From assembly GCF_009914755.1 (NCBI RefSeq), contig NC_060929.1: a stretch of 64,000 bases of DNA, one strand, 5' to 3'. A program made the translations under genes and the position numbers. Source of the DNA: the human T2T-CHM13v2.0 reference genome, Homo sapiens. Below the pieces are notes generated by a model. It did not search any database and was not told the origin of the DNA. It worked only from the letters and a program-made list of their open reading frames with translations. Of this stretch, positions 1-20,273 are shown piece after piece; positions within the stretch are counted from its first letter, which is position 1; every line of letters begins with the position of its first letter.

Positions 1-1
1 G

Positions 2-278
<277 letters not shown>

Positions 279-1221
279 TTATTCTTTCACTTAGGCACTT
301 TGTTTAACCCAGAATACTCAGAATGGTTGGAGACATCTGAGTATTGCTTATTTCATTCACCTTTGCCAATACAGTACTTTTTGACAAAAATACTTTTAGT
401 TTATCATGTATTTCAAATCCATTTTCATCAAATACTTAGCTGCAGTTTGGGCTCATTTAATTTACGGAAAATGGCCATCAAGCTAATGGCACATCTTAGG
501 GTTGTGAATATTGACTGGTTGAACATAATTACATAGATTTGTAGGGAGAAAAATTTAATTTTCTAAATTTAGGACACCCAAGCAGAGGGTTAGAGACCAC
601 CCCTCTGCCCCAAGACCAAGCTTAACTGAATACCATAAAGCAGTAAAAGGCTGGTCTTCATGTTTTTGATTACTTAATCATCAAGGGCGACACCACCTCC
701 ATTTGGTGTATGGAACCTAGGGCACCCCAGGTCACCGTATCAAGAGGAAGACAGGTTATGGAGTGAGTTGCCCTTCTTTAGAGGGAGGAGAAAGAGTGCC
801 TGTGAAACTTGAAAATCTGGAAATTGAGTTCCTTAAAACATCTGGGCATACCTAGCTTTGGCAAGACTGCTGTATATGTATTCCAATTTCAAGACCACTA
901 GATGATAGAACTGGGCTTGGTGTCTTCTTTAAAGATAAATCTTTACAAATTGCTTTTATGGTTATTGCTGTCTTCAGAGTTTCTCCCTTCTCTTGATGAA
1001 GTTTTACAAGTTTTATTTCCTTTGCCAATCATCCATTACAGTTTTAAAATTTATAAATATAATACATAGGCTTCTCTCGAAATATAAAAATAATTATACT
1101 GGCCAGACATGGTGGCTCACGCCTGTAATCCTAGCACTTTGGGATGCCAAGGCGGGCGGATCACCTGAGGTTGGAAGTTCGAGACCAGCCTGACCAAAAT
1201 GGAGAAACCCCGTCTCTACTA

Positions 1222-1380
<159 letters not shown>

Positions 1381-2279
1381 TCAAAAAAAAAAAAAAATTA
1401 TACCACCCCCAACGAAATGCTTTACTTAAGCCACTTTTAACCCTCTCCACAACCAAGGTGAAATGCTTAGGCTGTTTCTTCTTGCCCAGCAGCTCTCCCC
1501 CTACCTTCTTGGGTTTTGCTGAGATAATTTTGAATTTTTAGTCCCAGGATGTCTCAGTATTTATTTAAGACCTTTACTACAAGTTCACGGCCATAATATT
1601 ATCGTTCAGATTTAACTGTAATTAACTATATAAAAATATAGTACGTATAAATATGCTCTTTAATTGTCCATATTAATCAATGCTGGTGAAATAAAACAGG
1701 TAAAGGATTAGTATCCAAAATATACAGGTCAGTAAGACAAAGGCAAGCAATTCAACACGAAAGTCAATTGAGCAAGCAATTCACAGAAGAAATACTAGCA
1801 GAGAATAAACAGAAGTTATTTAACCTCAGTAGTAATTGGACAGCTGCAAACCAAAAACAATACGATCCCCCGCCCCCATTCCAATTGGCAAATATTTCCA
1901 AGACAATGTAAACGCGCGCGCGCGCCCGGGTGAGGGCCGCGCTTCGCACCTGGGACTTTCCTGCCAGGACTCTTACTTTGGGATCTAAACTTTTAGTTTC
2001 TAGGATACCAGCTTACTGGGTTTCAGAGAACATTTGGCCAGCACGTATAGATATCTGATGATAATTGCAGACAGTCTTTATTACACCCTCAAGGCAATGC
2101 GACAAGATAATGGGAGTTGAAATGGAACTCTCTGAATTCATTTGACTCCAACGGTTTTCCTTACCAAAAAACAAAGTGTGCGTAAAACCTAAAATTGTCC
2201 ACTAGTAGCGGACGAAAGATCGGCAACAAGAATTTGAGCCTGGAGCTGAGGGGAAGATGCTTCCCTGCAGGCACCCGGC

Positions 2280-2645
2280 TGGCACTATCCGGCAAGAGAG
2301 AAGGCTGGAAAAGCCTTCTGGGCGGGGTGCGCATCCTCCTCCGTCCGGGACAGAGGGTGCAAAATGGCGCCCACCAGCTCCGTAGGAGAGGCCTTGAGCT
2401 GGACTCGCCCAATAGGAATGTTTGGGGGCGGGACGCTTTCACAGCACGCCCTCTAAGAGCTTGGGGCAGGGCTTCCTGTAGGTAGCGCCCTTCCATTGGT
2501 CAAAAATGGAACCGGGGTTGCGGGAGAAGCCAAACGCGGCGAGTCTTGCTAAAGCCGTCGCCGTAGCAACGCGCGGAGCCGTCTGGGAGAGGCCTCTGGA
2601 GCAGGAGGCCCAGTGGCTCTTCTGACCCAAGGCCCCGCCGTCCAG
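2280..2645 (+). promoter_or_regulatory. RUFY1: Internal CpG-rich promoter of the RUFY1 short isoform
   Basis: CpG-dense; YY1-like AAAATGGCG 2361-2369, CCAAT 2409-2413, GC box GGGGCGGG 2425-2432, inverted CCAAT (ATTGG) 2495-2499, RFX X-box GTCGCCGTAGCAAC 2557-2570. Confidence 0.75.
2540..2645 (+). other. RUFY1: Probable alternative non-coding first exon of RUFY1 (start approximate)
   Basis: Donor CAG|GTAGGG at 2645/2646 follows the promoter motifs; 189-nt intron to the acceptor at 2833-2834. Confidence 0.6.
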
Positions 2646-2834
2646 GTAGGGGGCTGTGGCCTCTAGGGATCAGGGACTACTTACCTGCGAATCCCGGTTG
2701 CCCGCCCGCCAGCACGTCCGTTCCCTAAGCAGACCGCCTGGCCTCCTGCCTGACCCGTCTTCTCACCGTTGCCCGGAGTCTGACCTGCCCACGCTCAGTC
2801 CACTAACGAAGCTATCCCTGCTCCTGCCCCACAG

Positions 2835-3008
2835 CTTCTAAGTGCCAGATGATGGAGGAGCGTGCCAACCTGATGCACATGATGAAACTCAGCATCAAGG
2901 TGTTGCTCCAGTCGGCTCTGAGCCTGGGCCGCAGCCTGGATGCGGACCATGCCCCCTTGCAGCAGTTCTTTGTAGTGATGGAGCACTGCCTCAAACATGG
3001 GCTGAAAG
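2835..3008 (+). CDS. RUFY1: RUFY1 exon 2 (ATG of the 600-aa isoform at 2849; RUN domain start [53 protein letters not shown])
   Basis: ccccacag acceptor, AAG|gtgagc donor; recognisable RUFY RUN-domain peptide; upstream frame open (ASKCQ) for a longer isoform whose exon 1 lies outside the window. Confidence 0.95.
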
Positions 3009-3154
3009 GTGAGCCTGAGGGGGCGTTTGGGAGCGTGGAAGTTCGGGCTGGGTGTTTGCTCAGCATTTTTTCATCAGCGCCAGACATCCTTCTAGATGCT
3101 GAAATGCCAGCAGTGTACAGAACAGGCAAGGTTCCTGTATTCAGAAGCGACGTC

Positions 3155-3730
<576 letters not shown>

Positions 3731-3736
3731 TTATTA

Positions 3737-3997
<261 letters not shown>

Positions 3998-4315
3998 CTA
4001 CAGGGTGAGATTCCATCTCAAAAATAAATAAATAAATTAATTAATTAATTAAAACAGATGCAAAGGTTCTGAGTGGGACCAACCTTCCTCAGCTTGAGAA
4101 AGACTCCAGGTAACAGGTGTGCTAAGTGTGCTGAGGGAGAGGAGGGGAGGACATGAGGTCAGGGGAGTAGGGAGAGGCTGGACCATATATGTCCTTAAAG
4201 GTCAGATGAGGAGTTGCATTTTATTCTTAGTGTCTTTGGAAGATCCTAAAGGGAGAAATGTGTCCTAACTTCAGTTCTTAAAAGAATTTCTAGCTATGTA
4301 GAGAACAGATTGTAA

Positions 4316-4724
<409 letters not shown>

Positions 4725-5350
4725 TGATCCACCCGTCTCGGCCTCCCAAAGTGCTGGGATTACAGGTGTGAGCCACTGTGCCCGGCTGAGGCGCCTGTTT
4801 TATTCCATGGGCAATACATACTTCCAGAAAGAGCACAGTAAGCATATCAGAGAAACTCTGTTGCCAGAGAAAGAGAGACTAATTTATTACATGGCCTCTC
4901 CCAGTCCCCAAGAGTAAATCAAGAAGGATTAAGCAGGCCGGGCGCTGTGGCTCACGCCTGTTATCCCAGCACTTTGGGAGGCCGAGGCGGGCAGATCACA
5001 AGGTCAGGAGTTCAAGACCAGCCTGGCCAACATGGTGAAACCCCGTCTCTACTAAAAATACAAAATTAGCCCGGCGTTGTGGGCACCTGTAACCCCAGCT
5101 ACTCAGGAGGCTGAGGCAGAGAATTGCTTGAACCCGGGAGGCAGAGGTTGTAGTGAGCTGAGATTGCACACTGCACTCTAGCCTGGGCGGTAGAGTAAGA
5201 CTCCATCTCAAAAAAGATTTTTAAAAAAGGATTAAGCAGTGAAGTTTAGCAGCTTTCACTTCCACTTGGCTTTTGGGGGGAGAGGCTGTGGGTCCCTGAA
5301 GAAATTTTGCAACCTGTTCTTATGAATAACACTTTTGTTTTTCCTTTTAG

Positions 5351-5468
5351 TTAAGAAGAGTTTTATTGGCCAAAATAAATCATTCTTTGGTCCTTTGGAG
5401 CTGGTGGAGAAACTTTGTCCAGAAGCATCAGATATAGCGACTAGTGTCAGAAATCTTCCAGAATTAAA
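5351..5468 (+). CDS. RUFY1: RUFY1 exon 3 ([40 protein letters not shown])
   Basis: ttttag / gtgagt splice sites; phase consistent. Confidence 0.95.
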
Positions 5469-6089
5469 GTGAGTGAGAAGTAGTTCTGCCAATTTGATGA
5501 TTTTAAAAACTCCCTCATATTTACTCATTTCTCAATTCCTTGCTGATGAAGCCCTTTCTAATTGGAAAGAGCTCTGCTGCTCATTATCCACATGATCTCT
5601 AGCAAGACTTGACTCTCTCTGAGCCTCAGTTTCCTTTTCTTTAAAATGGGGACAGTGATTCCTGCTTGCCACACAGGCCAAATAGGTTGAAAAGGTGTTG
5701 TCAACCAAAGGGCACTCACAGGAGGAAAAGGAACTACTGGTACACTCCCGGAATCACTGCTTCAGACACAGGTGGGCAGTTTTCTGAATAATACATTTTG
5801 GGCCAGATTGTAGATTCCAGGCCCAAGGACATTTGTAATTTGTTAGGGTGGGACTAACGAATTATTTGCCATGTCTGGATTTGTCCTTGGGATCGCTATG
5901 CTTAGGCTCAAAATCAAAAACAGTCCAGAACACAAATAAGTCATCTTCATGGAATTTGGCATCTAGAAAGGGTCTTAGGGATCCTTGAGCCAATGCAAAA
6001 GAACCCTCTGCAGAGTTTCCCAGACGGGACTGGACTGTTGAGCGTTTATTTGACCCTTCTCCTAGGGAGCCTGCCTATTCCATTTTCAG

Positions 6090-6300
6090 ATAATAATAAT
6101 AATAGCCACTGCCCTCAGGACCTGCTCAATGACAGGCATTGTGCTGAGAACATTCCTTCTCATTTATCTCATTTAATCCTCCACAGCCATCCTCTAGGAT
6201 AGCTGTTAGTGTCCTCATCTACAAGTGTGGGAACTGAGACTTAGAGTGGTTGAGTAACTTGCCCGAGGTGCCTTGGCAGGTGAGTGATGGAGCAGGAAGA
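6090..6300. mobile_element. MIR
   Basis: TTTAATCCTCCACAGC...GGAACTGAGACTTAGAGTGGTTGAGTAACTTGCCCGAGGT MIR core. Confidence 0.65.
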
Positions 6301-6945
6301 GGACACAGGTCTGTTATGCCCTGAAGCCCTCCAAATCCCATGAAACTCCATTGCTGCCAAGCCCTGTGCATTCTTCTCAAGATTAGATTTAAGCCCTCTA
6401 TGCAAATTCTGCCTGCCCGGCCTACATCGCTTATATTTAAAGCCTTTTGCACCTGCCAAGCTTTCAAATGTTTATTTCATGACCTTTTTTTTTTTGAGAA
6501 GGAGTCTCACTCTTGCCCAGGCTGGAGTGCAGTGGCACAATCTCAGCTCTCTGCAACCTCCGCTTCCTAGGTTCAAGCGATTCTCATGCCTCAGCCTCCT
6601 GAGTAGCTGGGATTACAGGCACGTGCCACCACACCCAGTTAATTTTTGTATTTTTTGTAGAGACAGGGTGTTGCCATGTTGGCCAGGCTAGTCTCAAACT
6701 CCTGACCACAGGTAATCCACCTGCCTCGGTCTTCCAAAGTGCTGGGATTACAGGCGTGAGCCACCACACCCGGCCTTAATGACCTTTTTCATGAGCCTCT
6801 CAAGTCTACTGCCCTGCGTCTTCAGTTGTTCTTTATATGGTACAATTTCTCATACCCTTCCTGTCCAGCTCACTCACTCCCTCAAGAGTAAAGCACCTAC
6901 ACAGACGGCGTCCTGATGTTTTCTTTTTTTTTTTTTTTTTTTTGA

Positions 6946-7377
<432 letters not shown>

Positions 7378-7994
7378 TGAGGCAGGAGAATTGCCTGAAC
7401 CCAGGAGGTGGAGGTTGCAGTGAGCAGAGATCACGCCACCACTCCTGCCTGGATGACAGAGTGAAGTGAGACTCCATCTCAAAAAAAAAAGAAAAAAAAA
7501 TCATCTGCACTTTGACCCAGCAATTCCACTTACATACATTTTATCCTACACATGTAACACATGAAAATGACACATGTACAGAATGATCTATTGCAGTCAT
7601 TATTGGTAACAGGAGATTAGAACCACCCTAGTTTTTTTTAACCCAGCTAAATAAATTATGGTGCTGTCCAATAATGACACACTAAAGCTATAAAAAAAGT
7701 AAAGTCCTCTGTGTACTGATATGGAAAGATTTTCAAGATGACAGATACTCAGCGAAATAATCAGGTTGAGAACTGCATGTAAAATATGTTAAATTTTTTT
7801 GTAAAAAGAGAGAAAAATAATTTATATTTGGTACCTGTTTTCATGTGTAGAAACATGTTTCGGAAATGAACTTAAACAGAGGACACTATATTAGTGTATA
7901 GGGGAGGGGGATGGGAAGGTGGAGGACAAGGAGACAAGTATATGCCTTTTAATACTTTCTAGGTTTTCTTTTTTTTTTTTTTTTTTTTTTTTGA

Positions 7995-8162
<168 letters not shown>

Positions 8163-9024
8163 TGAGATGGGAGTTTACCGTGTTGGCCAGGCTAGTCTCA
8201 AACTCTTGACCTCAGGTGATCCACCCCACTTGGCCTCCCAAAGTGCTGGGATTACAGGTGTGAGCCACCACACCTGGCCTACTTTCTAGGTTTTAAACCA
8301 AGTGAAGATATTGCCCATTCAAAAAAAATTCAGCATTAAAGTGCATATACTGTTTTGTAGCCTTTTTTCCATTTATTCCACTTAATATTAGATTTTAAAT
8401 CTCTTTGTATCGAATATTCATTTACAATATCATTTTTTAAATGGCCAAATAATATTCTGTTGTCTGTCTAATTTTGTTTAACTCCGCCTTGTGGCTGTCT
8501 TCAAATTCTTGTTACCACAAACCGTGATAATGATGAGGTGACCATCCCGAAACATACTTCTTTGTGTCCGTCTTCAGTTATTTCCCTAGGATATATTACT
8601 AAATGTAGAATTTTGGTAACCTGTTGTCATCAAATTGCCACTAGAAAGTTGCACAGTTGGCCAGGCACAGCAGCTCACGCCTATAATCCCAACACTTTGA
8701 GAGGCTGAGATGGGAAGAATGCTTGAGCCCAGGAGTTTGAAACCAGCCTGGACAATGTGGCAAAACCCCATCTCTACAAAAAAAAAAAATTAGTTGGGTG
8801 TGGTAGCACGTGCCTGCTGTCCCAGCTACTCCGGAGGCTTAACGCAGGGTTATCACTTGAGCCTGGGAGTTCCAGGCTGCAGGGAGCCATCATCATGCCA
8901 TTCAACAGCATGGGCGACTGAGCAAGACCCTGTCTCCAAAAAAAAAAAGAAAGTTGTGAAGTTTACAGTCTCACCAAGCAGCACTTGAGAGGCCTTTTTT
9001 CTTTTAATGTTTAATGCAGGCCTG

Positions 9025-9090
9025 TTCTTTCTTTCTTTCCTTTTCCTTTTTTCTTTTCTTTTCTCTTCTTTTCTTTCTTTTCTGCTTCTC
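9025..9090. repeat. CT-rich low-complexity tract (TTTC/TTTTC)
   Basis: Pyrimidine-rich run of short repeats. Confidence 0.8.
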
Positions 9091-9693
9091 TGGAGATAAT
9101 GCTAGAATACAGAAAAATTACACCTTCAAGATTGGGGCCAGGCCTGTAATCCCAGCACTTTAGGAGGCCAAGGTGGGTGGATTACTTGAGGTCAAGAGTT
9201 TGAGACTAGCCTGGCCAACATGGTGGAAACCCCATCTCTACTAAAAATACAAAAATTAGCTGGGCGTGGTGGCAGGTGCCTGTAATCCCAGCTACTCGGG
9301 AGGCTGAGGCAGGAGAATCACTTGAACCTGCGAGGTGGAGGATGCAGTGAGCCAAGATCACAACGGTGAGCCAAGATTGTGCCACTGCACTCTAACCTGG
9401 GTGACAGAGTGAGGCTCCATCTCGAAAAAAAAAAAAAAAAAGATTGGTTCCACAACACTGTGAATGTACTTAACACTACTTAACTGTAAGATTAAAAATG
9501 GTTAACATGGTAAATTTTATGTTCTGTGTATCTTACCACAATTAATAATAAAACATAAAATTGTACCTTTAAGGCCAGGTGCAGTGGCTCATGCCTGTAA
9601 TCCCAGCACTTTGCGAGGCCAAGGCAGCCTGATCACTTGAGGCCAGGAATTTGAGACCAGCTTGGCTAACATGGCAAAACCCTGTCTCTACTA

Positions 9694-9905
<212 letters not shown>

Positions 9906-10259
9906 TTAGAGATTTTATAAGCTTCAGCACTTTAACAAGCACTAAGTTCTCTATTCGTCTTTTGAAGGAATGTTTATCCATTACACAAATCTAACCTGAT
10001 ATTTTCCTGTGATATTTTATGACTATAAGCAAAGCATTATCTAATTGTATTTGTAATAGTACTCAAAGGTATGTGGTGAGCCATTTTCGCTGCCTGCCCA
10101 GGCCATGTGCATCCCTCCCCAACCCCAAACAGCCATTCTTAGAGTATCGTCTGCATTTACAAGGGTGTGTTTCCTATGTGTCTCCCTGGCTAAATCAGGT
10201 GTCTTTTCTGTGTTTGTTGTTGTTATGCCACAATAGTTGATTCTCTGTTTGAATTCTAG

Positions 10260-10361
10260 GACAGCTGTGGGAAGAGGCCGAGCGTGGCTTTATCTTGCAC
10301 TCATGCAAAAGAAACTGGCAGATTATCTGAAAGTGCTTATAGACAATAAACATCTCTTAAG
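10260..10361 (+). CDS. RUFY1: RUFY1 exon 4 ([33 protein letters not shown])
   Basis: RUN-domain GRGRAW motif; AG/GT boundaries in frame. Confidence 0.95.
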
Positions 10362-10531
10362 GTATTTCATCAACCATGTTTGCTTATCTTTTGCTTGGTA
10401 AATAATTAGAACATAGGCTGGGTGCGGTGGCTCACACCTGTAATCCCAGCACTTTGGGAGGCCAAGATCAGGTGGATTGCTTGAGGTCCGGAATTCAAGA
10501 CCAGCCTGGCCAACATGGTGTCGTATTTTTA

Positions 10532-10821
<290 letters not shown>

Positions 10822-12102
10822 TCACTTGAGGTCAGAAGTTCAAAAACAACCTGGACAACATGGTAAAACCCCATCTCTGCTAAAAATACTAAATTAGCTG
10901 GGCATGGTGGCATATGCCTATAATCCCAGCTACTCAGGACGCTGAGGCAGGAGGATTGCTTGAACCCAGGAAAGCAGAGGTTGCAGTGAGCCAAGATCAC
11001 ACCACTGTACCTCCAGCCTGGGCAACAGAGCAAGACTCTGTCTCAAAATAAAAAATAAAAAAATAAGTATATAATATTTACAGAAATTTTTGACTGGTTC
11101 ATTTTTTATATTTATAAGTAAGCAATAATCATTATAAAAGGAATGTTCTCTAGACTGTGATGATTTACGAGGAAGGACTCTTTCCAGAGTTAAAGCTTTC
11201 TTGTAATTGAGAAATAGATACATTTTACAGCATAGCCTAAAACCCAAGCCTTTCAGTGTTTTCAAGTCATGGCTCATTGTCGAACATATCTTTACACGAC
11301 AAATACTGATTTACAATATTTCACATACTCTGAGTAGTTACACTGAGTAACTTTGAGTTACAGATTTTCTTCTAATGAACAAAGTATTTTTCAATTTTTT
11401 ATTTATAATCGATACAAAATTATACATATTTATGGGATACTATGCATGTATACACTATGTAATGATGAAATCAGGGTAATTACCATATCCCTCACTTTAC
11501 TAATGAACTAATTCTTAAGAGAAAAGTCTTATACGCACACACACACAGTGGCCTGGATGCCACTGGATTTGGTACATTAGCAAGTCATTGCTGACCAGAG
11601 CAATATCAGGCAGGGGATGGACCACCCCCTGCAAATTGCCGCGATAACTGGGCAATAAAGGAAGTAAAGCAACAGATGTTGCTCCGTGGGACGCAAGAAG
11701 GAGGAGTGTTATTCTTGGATGTGGGATCCCATTTCCTGTTTATATGAGCATAAGTGGAGAAGTAATTCATATCAACACAGAACAGGAGCCAGTGGAGACA
11801 CAGGAGGGGAGAGTGACAGGAGTCAAGAGGAGACGAGGAGAACTGGGGTCCAGGGTCTGCATGGAGGAGTTAACTTTAGACAGGAGGAGAGGCGAGCCCA
11901 TTCTAAGCCACAGGAAGAGAGGAGAGGACAGGGGAGAAAAAGCAGCCGTTGAAGCAGTGAAGAGAAATGAAAGGGAGGGAGGAAATCCACAGCAGTATCT
12001 TCTGGCTCCAGGGCACAGGTGAAAAGGCAGTTCAGGGTGGGGAAGGAGTGGGGATGGTGAAGCTGTTTCTGAGCATCGCCCTGTCCTGTCCATCTCTTTC
12101 AG

Positions 12103-12226
12103 CGAGTTCTATGAGCCTGAGGCTTTAATGATGGAGGAAGAAGGGATGGTGATTGTTGGTCTGCTGGTGGGACTCAATGTTCTCGATGCCAATCTCTGCT
12201 TGAAAGGAGAAGACTTGGATTCTCAG
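12103..12226 (+). CDS. RUFY1: RUFY1 exon 5 ([41 protein letters not shown])
   Basis: End of RUN domain; tttcag / gtaaaa. Confidence 0.95.
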
Positions 12227-12509
12227 GTAAAATGGAATTTTGGCTCTAGATGAACACTTTCGTTAGTCCAGGGACTTTACATAGGATCTGCAAACAGGTA
12301 CTGAACCCAAAGAAGGGCAAATGGCAAAGAGCCCACTGGTAGAGGACCCCAGGGATGCAGCTGGGGAAGGTCTCGGAAGGGTGAAGAAGTTGCATAGCCA
12401 GAGGTACACACGGAAAGCTTGGCAGGTTTGGGAACAGGCAGACAGCTCTCCATGGCTGGAGTAGAGGATGCTCTGTGGGCGAGGTGAAAGTGGAGGCTGG
12501 GCCTGATAG

Positions 12510-12747
<238 letters not shown>

Positions 12748-13841
12748 TAGCCAGGATGGTTTCGATCTCCTGACCTCGTGATCCGCCCACCTCGGCCTCC
12801 CAAAGTGCTGGGATTACAGGCGTGAGCCACTGCGCCCGGCCTGTATTTTTTTTTTTAGTAGAGATGGTGTTTCACCATGTTAGCCAGGATGGTCTCAATC
12901 TCCTGACCTCGTGATCCACCCGCCTCGGCCTCCCAAAGTGCTGGGATTACAGGTGTGAGCCACTGTGCCTTGCCTGAAGGGTATAGCTTTTATCCCCTTT
13001 TATCCTGAGCTTTGGGGAGCTGTTGGAGGTTTTTAAAAAGTACACTGAAATGATCATGCCTGGGTTTGAGAAAGCTCAATCTAGCAGCCATTCAGGTTAT
13101 GAGTTGGAAGTGGCCAAGAATAGATACAGCAAAAGCCTTGAGGAGACTAGTCTAGAAGTCCTGCAAGCTTGGATGGGGAGTAGGAAGATAGAGTCAGGAG
13201 AGATTTGGGAAGTCAGGTTGATAAAATGGCACAAAGGAGAGTAACCAGTAAGGTGTAGAGTGCTCTGTGGGAAGGACAGCCCTCTTGGGATGGGCTTTCT
13301 TCCTGCATAGGAGCTGGTGACCAGAGCCAAGGCCTAAACTCCTGGTGGCAGGGACTGTAAATGTGTGAGGGGAATAGGTACCCTAACCCATTCCTCACTT
13401 CCACCCCCTCTTCGGGGCATCCGCAGCTGTAGCTGGGCCACTGCCCAGAAAAAAGAGATTATTTTACACTACCTAGCAAAATTCCCAGCCTTTTTCCTGC
13501 ATTGTGTTTGGTGAATCTAAAGATTCCCTGATCCCTCCATGTGCAGGTCAGTGTTTTTTTATAACCTCTCCTCCCTTTAAAAAAAAAAAAAGTTCGATTG
13601 TCTTTGCATGTTGAAAAATATCTTTTTTTGAATTCAGAGAAGTATTTTTGAAAAGACACTAAACATCACACATATTCTCATTACTCTTAGACCGATAATT
13701 CAGTGTTACATTCTGGTATACACCCTTCTAGCAGATGAATAAAGGTGTGTGCATGCATGTGTGTGTGTATATGTTTGTGTATTTTAGAGTGAGATGTTCG
13801 AAGGGTTTCTTTTTTTATGAAACCAAACTATGATTATTTTA

Positions 13842-17720
<3,879 letters not shown>

Positions 17721-17964
17721 TATGATTTGGTTTTTTATTATAAAAGAAATGCTTGCTTGTTGAAAAAAGTTAGGCAATACCAAAGTATATAATGTGAAAA
17801 GAGAAGTTGAACCTCCTCTTCTCACCCCACCCCCCGCCCCAGCCGCAGTCCTCCTCCCTTTCCCACAGGTGATGGTAAAGATTCTGGGGAAAATTTTTCT
17901 AGAAGCTTTTCTACTTTTTCTATACATTTATGTTCACGTAGGTTTTGTTTTAAATTAAATATTT

Positions 17965-18485
17965 TCTGGTCTTCTATTACTGTGTAACAAGTCAGCAACA
18001 GCACTTAAACAATAACAATCACTGTATCTTTCACAGCTGGGGGCTAACTGGGTTCAGCTAGTCGGTTCTTGTTCAAGAGCGCACGTGCTTACAGACAGGT
18101 GATGGCTGGGGCTGAAATCACCTGAAGACTTGCTCTCTCCTCGTCTGTCTGCTGTGCTGAGAAGACCAAGGAACTGGGGGCTGGAATGGCAGGGGTTTCT
18201 TGGACATCTCCATGTTTACATGGTCTCCAGCATTGTGGCTTCAGGGAAGTCAAGACTTTTTACATGAAAGCTCAGAACTTCAAACGCATATGCCTCAAGA
18301 GAAAGAGCTGGGTGGAAGCTGTATTGCCCTTTTTAACCTAGCTGCAGAAGTCACACGGCATCATTTCTACTGCATTTTACTCATCGAGACAGGCACTAAG
18401 ACCCCCCAGAGTTGAAGGTTGGAAATATGGATGGATTCCTTTTGGTAGGTGTGTCAGAGAGGTTGCAGACATGTGTTAGAACCGT
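17965..18485. mobile_element. Old MaLR/ERVL-type LTR fragment
   Basis: CTATTACTGTGTAACAA...CTTAAACAATAA and GTCACACGGCATCATTTCTACTGCATT resemble MLT1-family text. Confidence 0.4.
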
Positions 18486-18551
18486 TACACATAGCCTTGG
18501 TTGCAACATAAGTAGGATTACTATAATGAGATTGTACATATGATTCTTTGA

Positions 18552-18803
<252 letters not shown>

Positions 18804-19147
18804 TGAGCCCAAGCCATCCACCCTCCTGAGACTCCCAAAGTGCTGAGATTACAGGCATGAGCCACCGTGCCCAGCTTTTCTATATTTCTGCAAATGTATC
18901 TACTGCGTTCTTTGTTATAGTTGCATAGGTTCTGTGATATGGCTGTAACATGATTGATTTCAACTTTTCTCTATTGATGAACATTTAGGGTACACCCAGT
19001 TTTCCTGTATTTCAGATAAGAATGACCTCACTTATTCATTCTCAAGTGCTTTATTTCTTGGCAAAGCCGTTGATGTTTAGATGTGTAAGGGGTCTTGGTT
19101 CTCCCTTGTACCTAAGGGATAGAGAATTTTCCTGAAATATTGATTAG

Positions 19148-19577
<430 letters not shown>

Positions 19578-19870
19578 TAATTTTGTTGATCTTTGTAAAT
19601 AATGTGATTATTGAATAAACAGAAAACTAAACTAGGTCGTGAAATTTCAGAATAGTCTCTGAAATCTGATATCTAGTAAGTTTTTCTTCTAGAAGGTGGT
19701 AGGGTTAGGTTTTTTTGGTTTGTTCAATTGATTTCCACTTCATAGAGCTGGCTGACCTAAATAAATGTTCATAGGAAAGAGATAAGAATGAAATACCTGA
19801 ATTTCAAAGGTTGTAAAGTTTATGAAAAATAGGACATTTTATTTAAACTTGTGCATTTTATTTCGTTTAG

Positions 19871-20174
<304 letters not shown>

Positions 20175-20273
20175 TGATCTCGAACTCCTGACCGTGATCG
20201 GCCCGTCTCGGCCTCCCAAAGTGCTGGGATTACAGGCGTGACCCACCGCGCCCAGCCACGTCACATTTTTAAT

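Noticed and set aside
9348-9380. Short internal duplication (GTGAGCCAAGAT twice) in an Alu, and CAAGCTCC twice near 30280
   Set aside because: Ordinary slippage in decaying Alus
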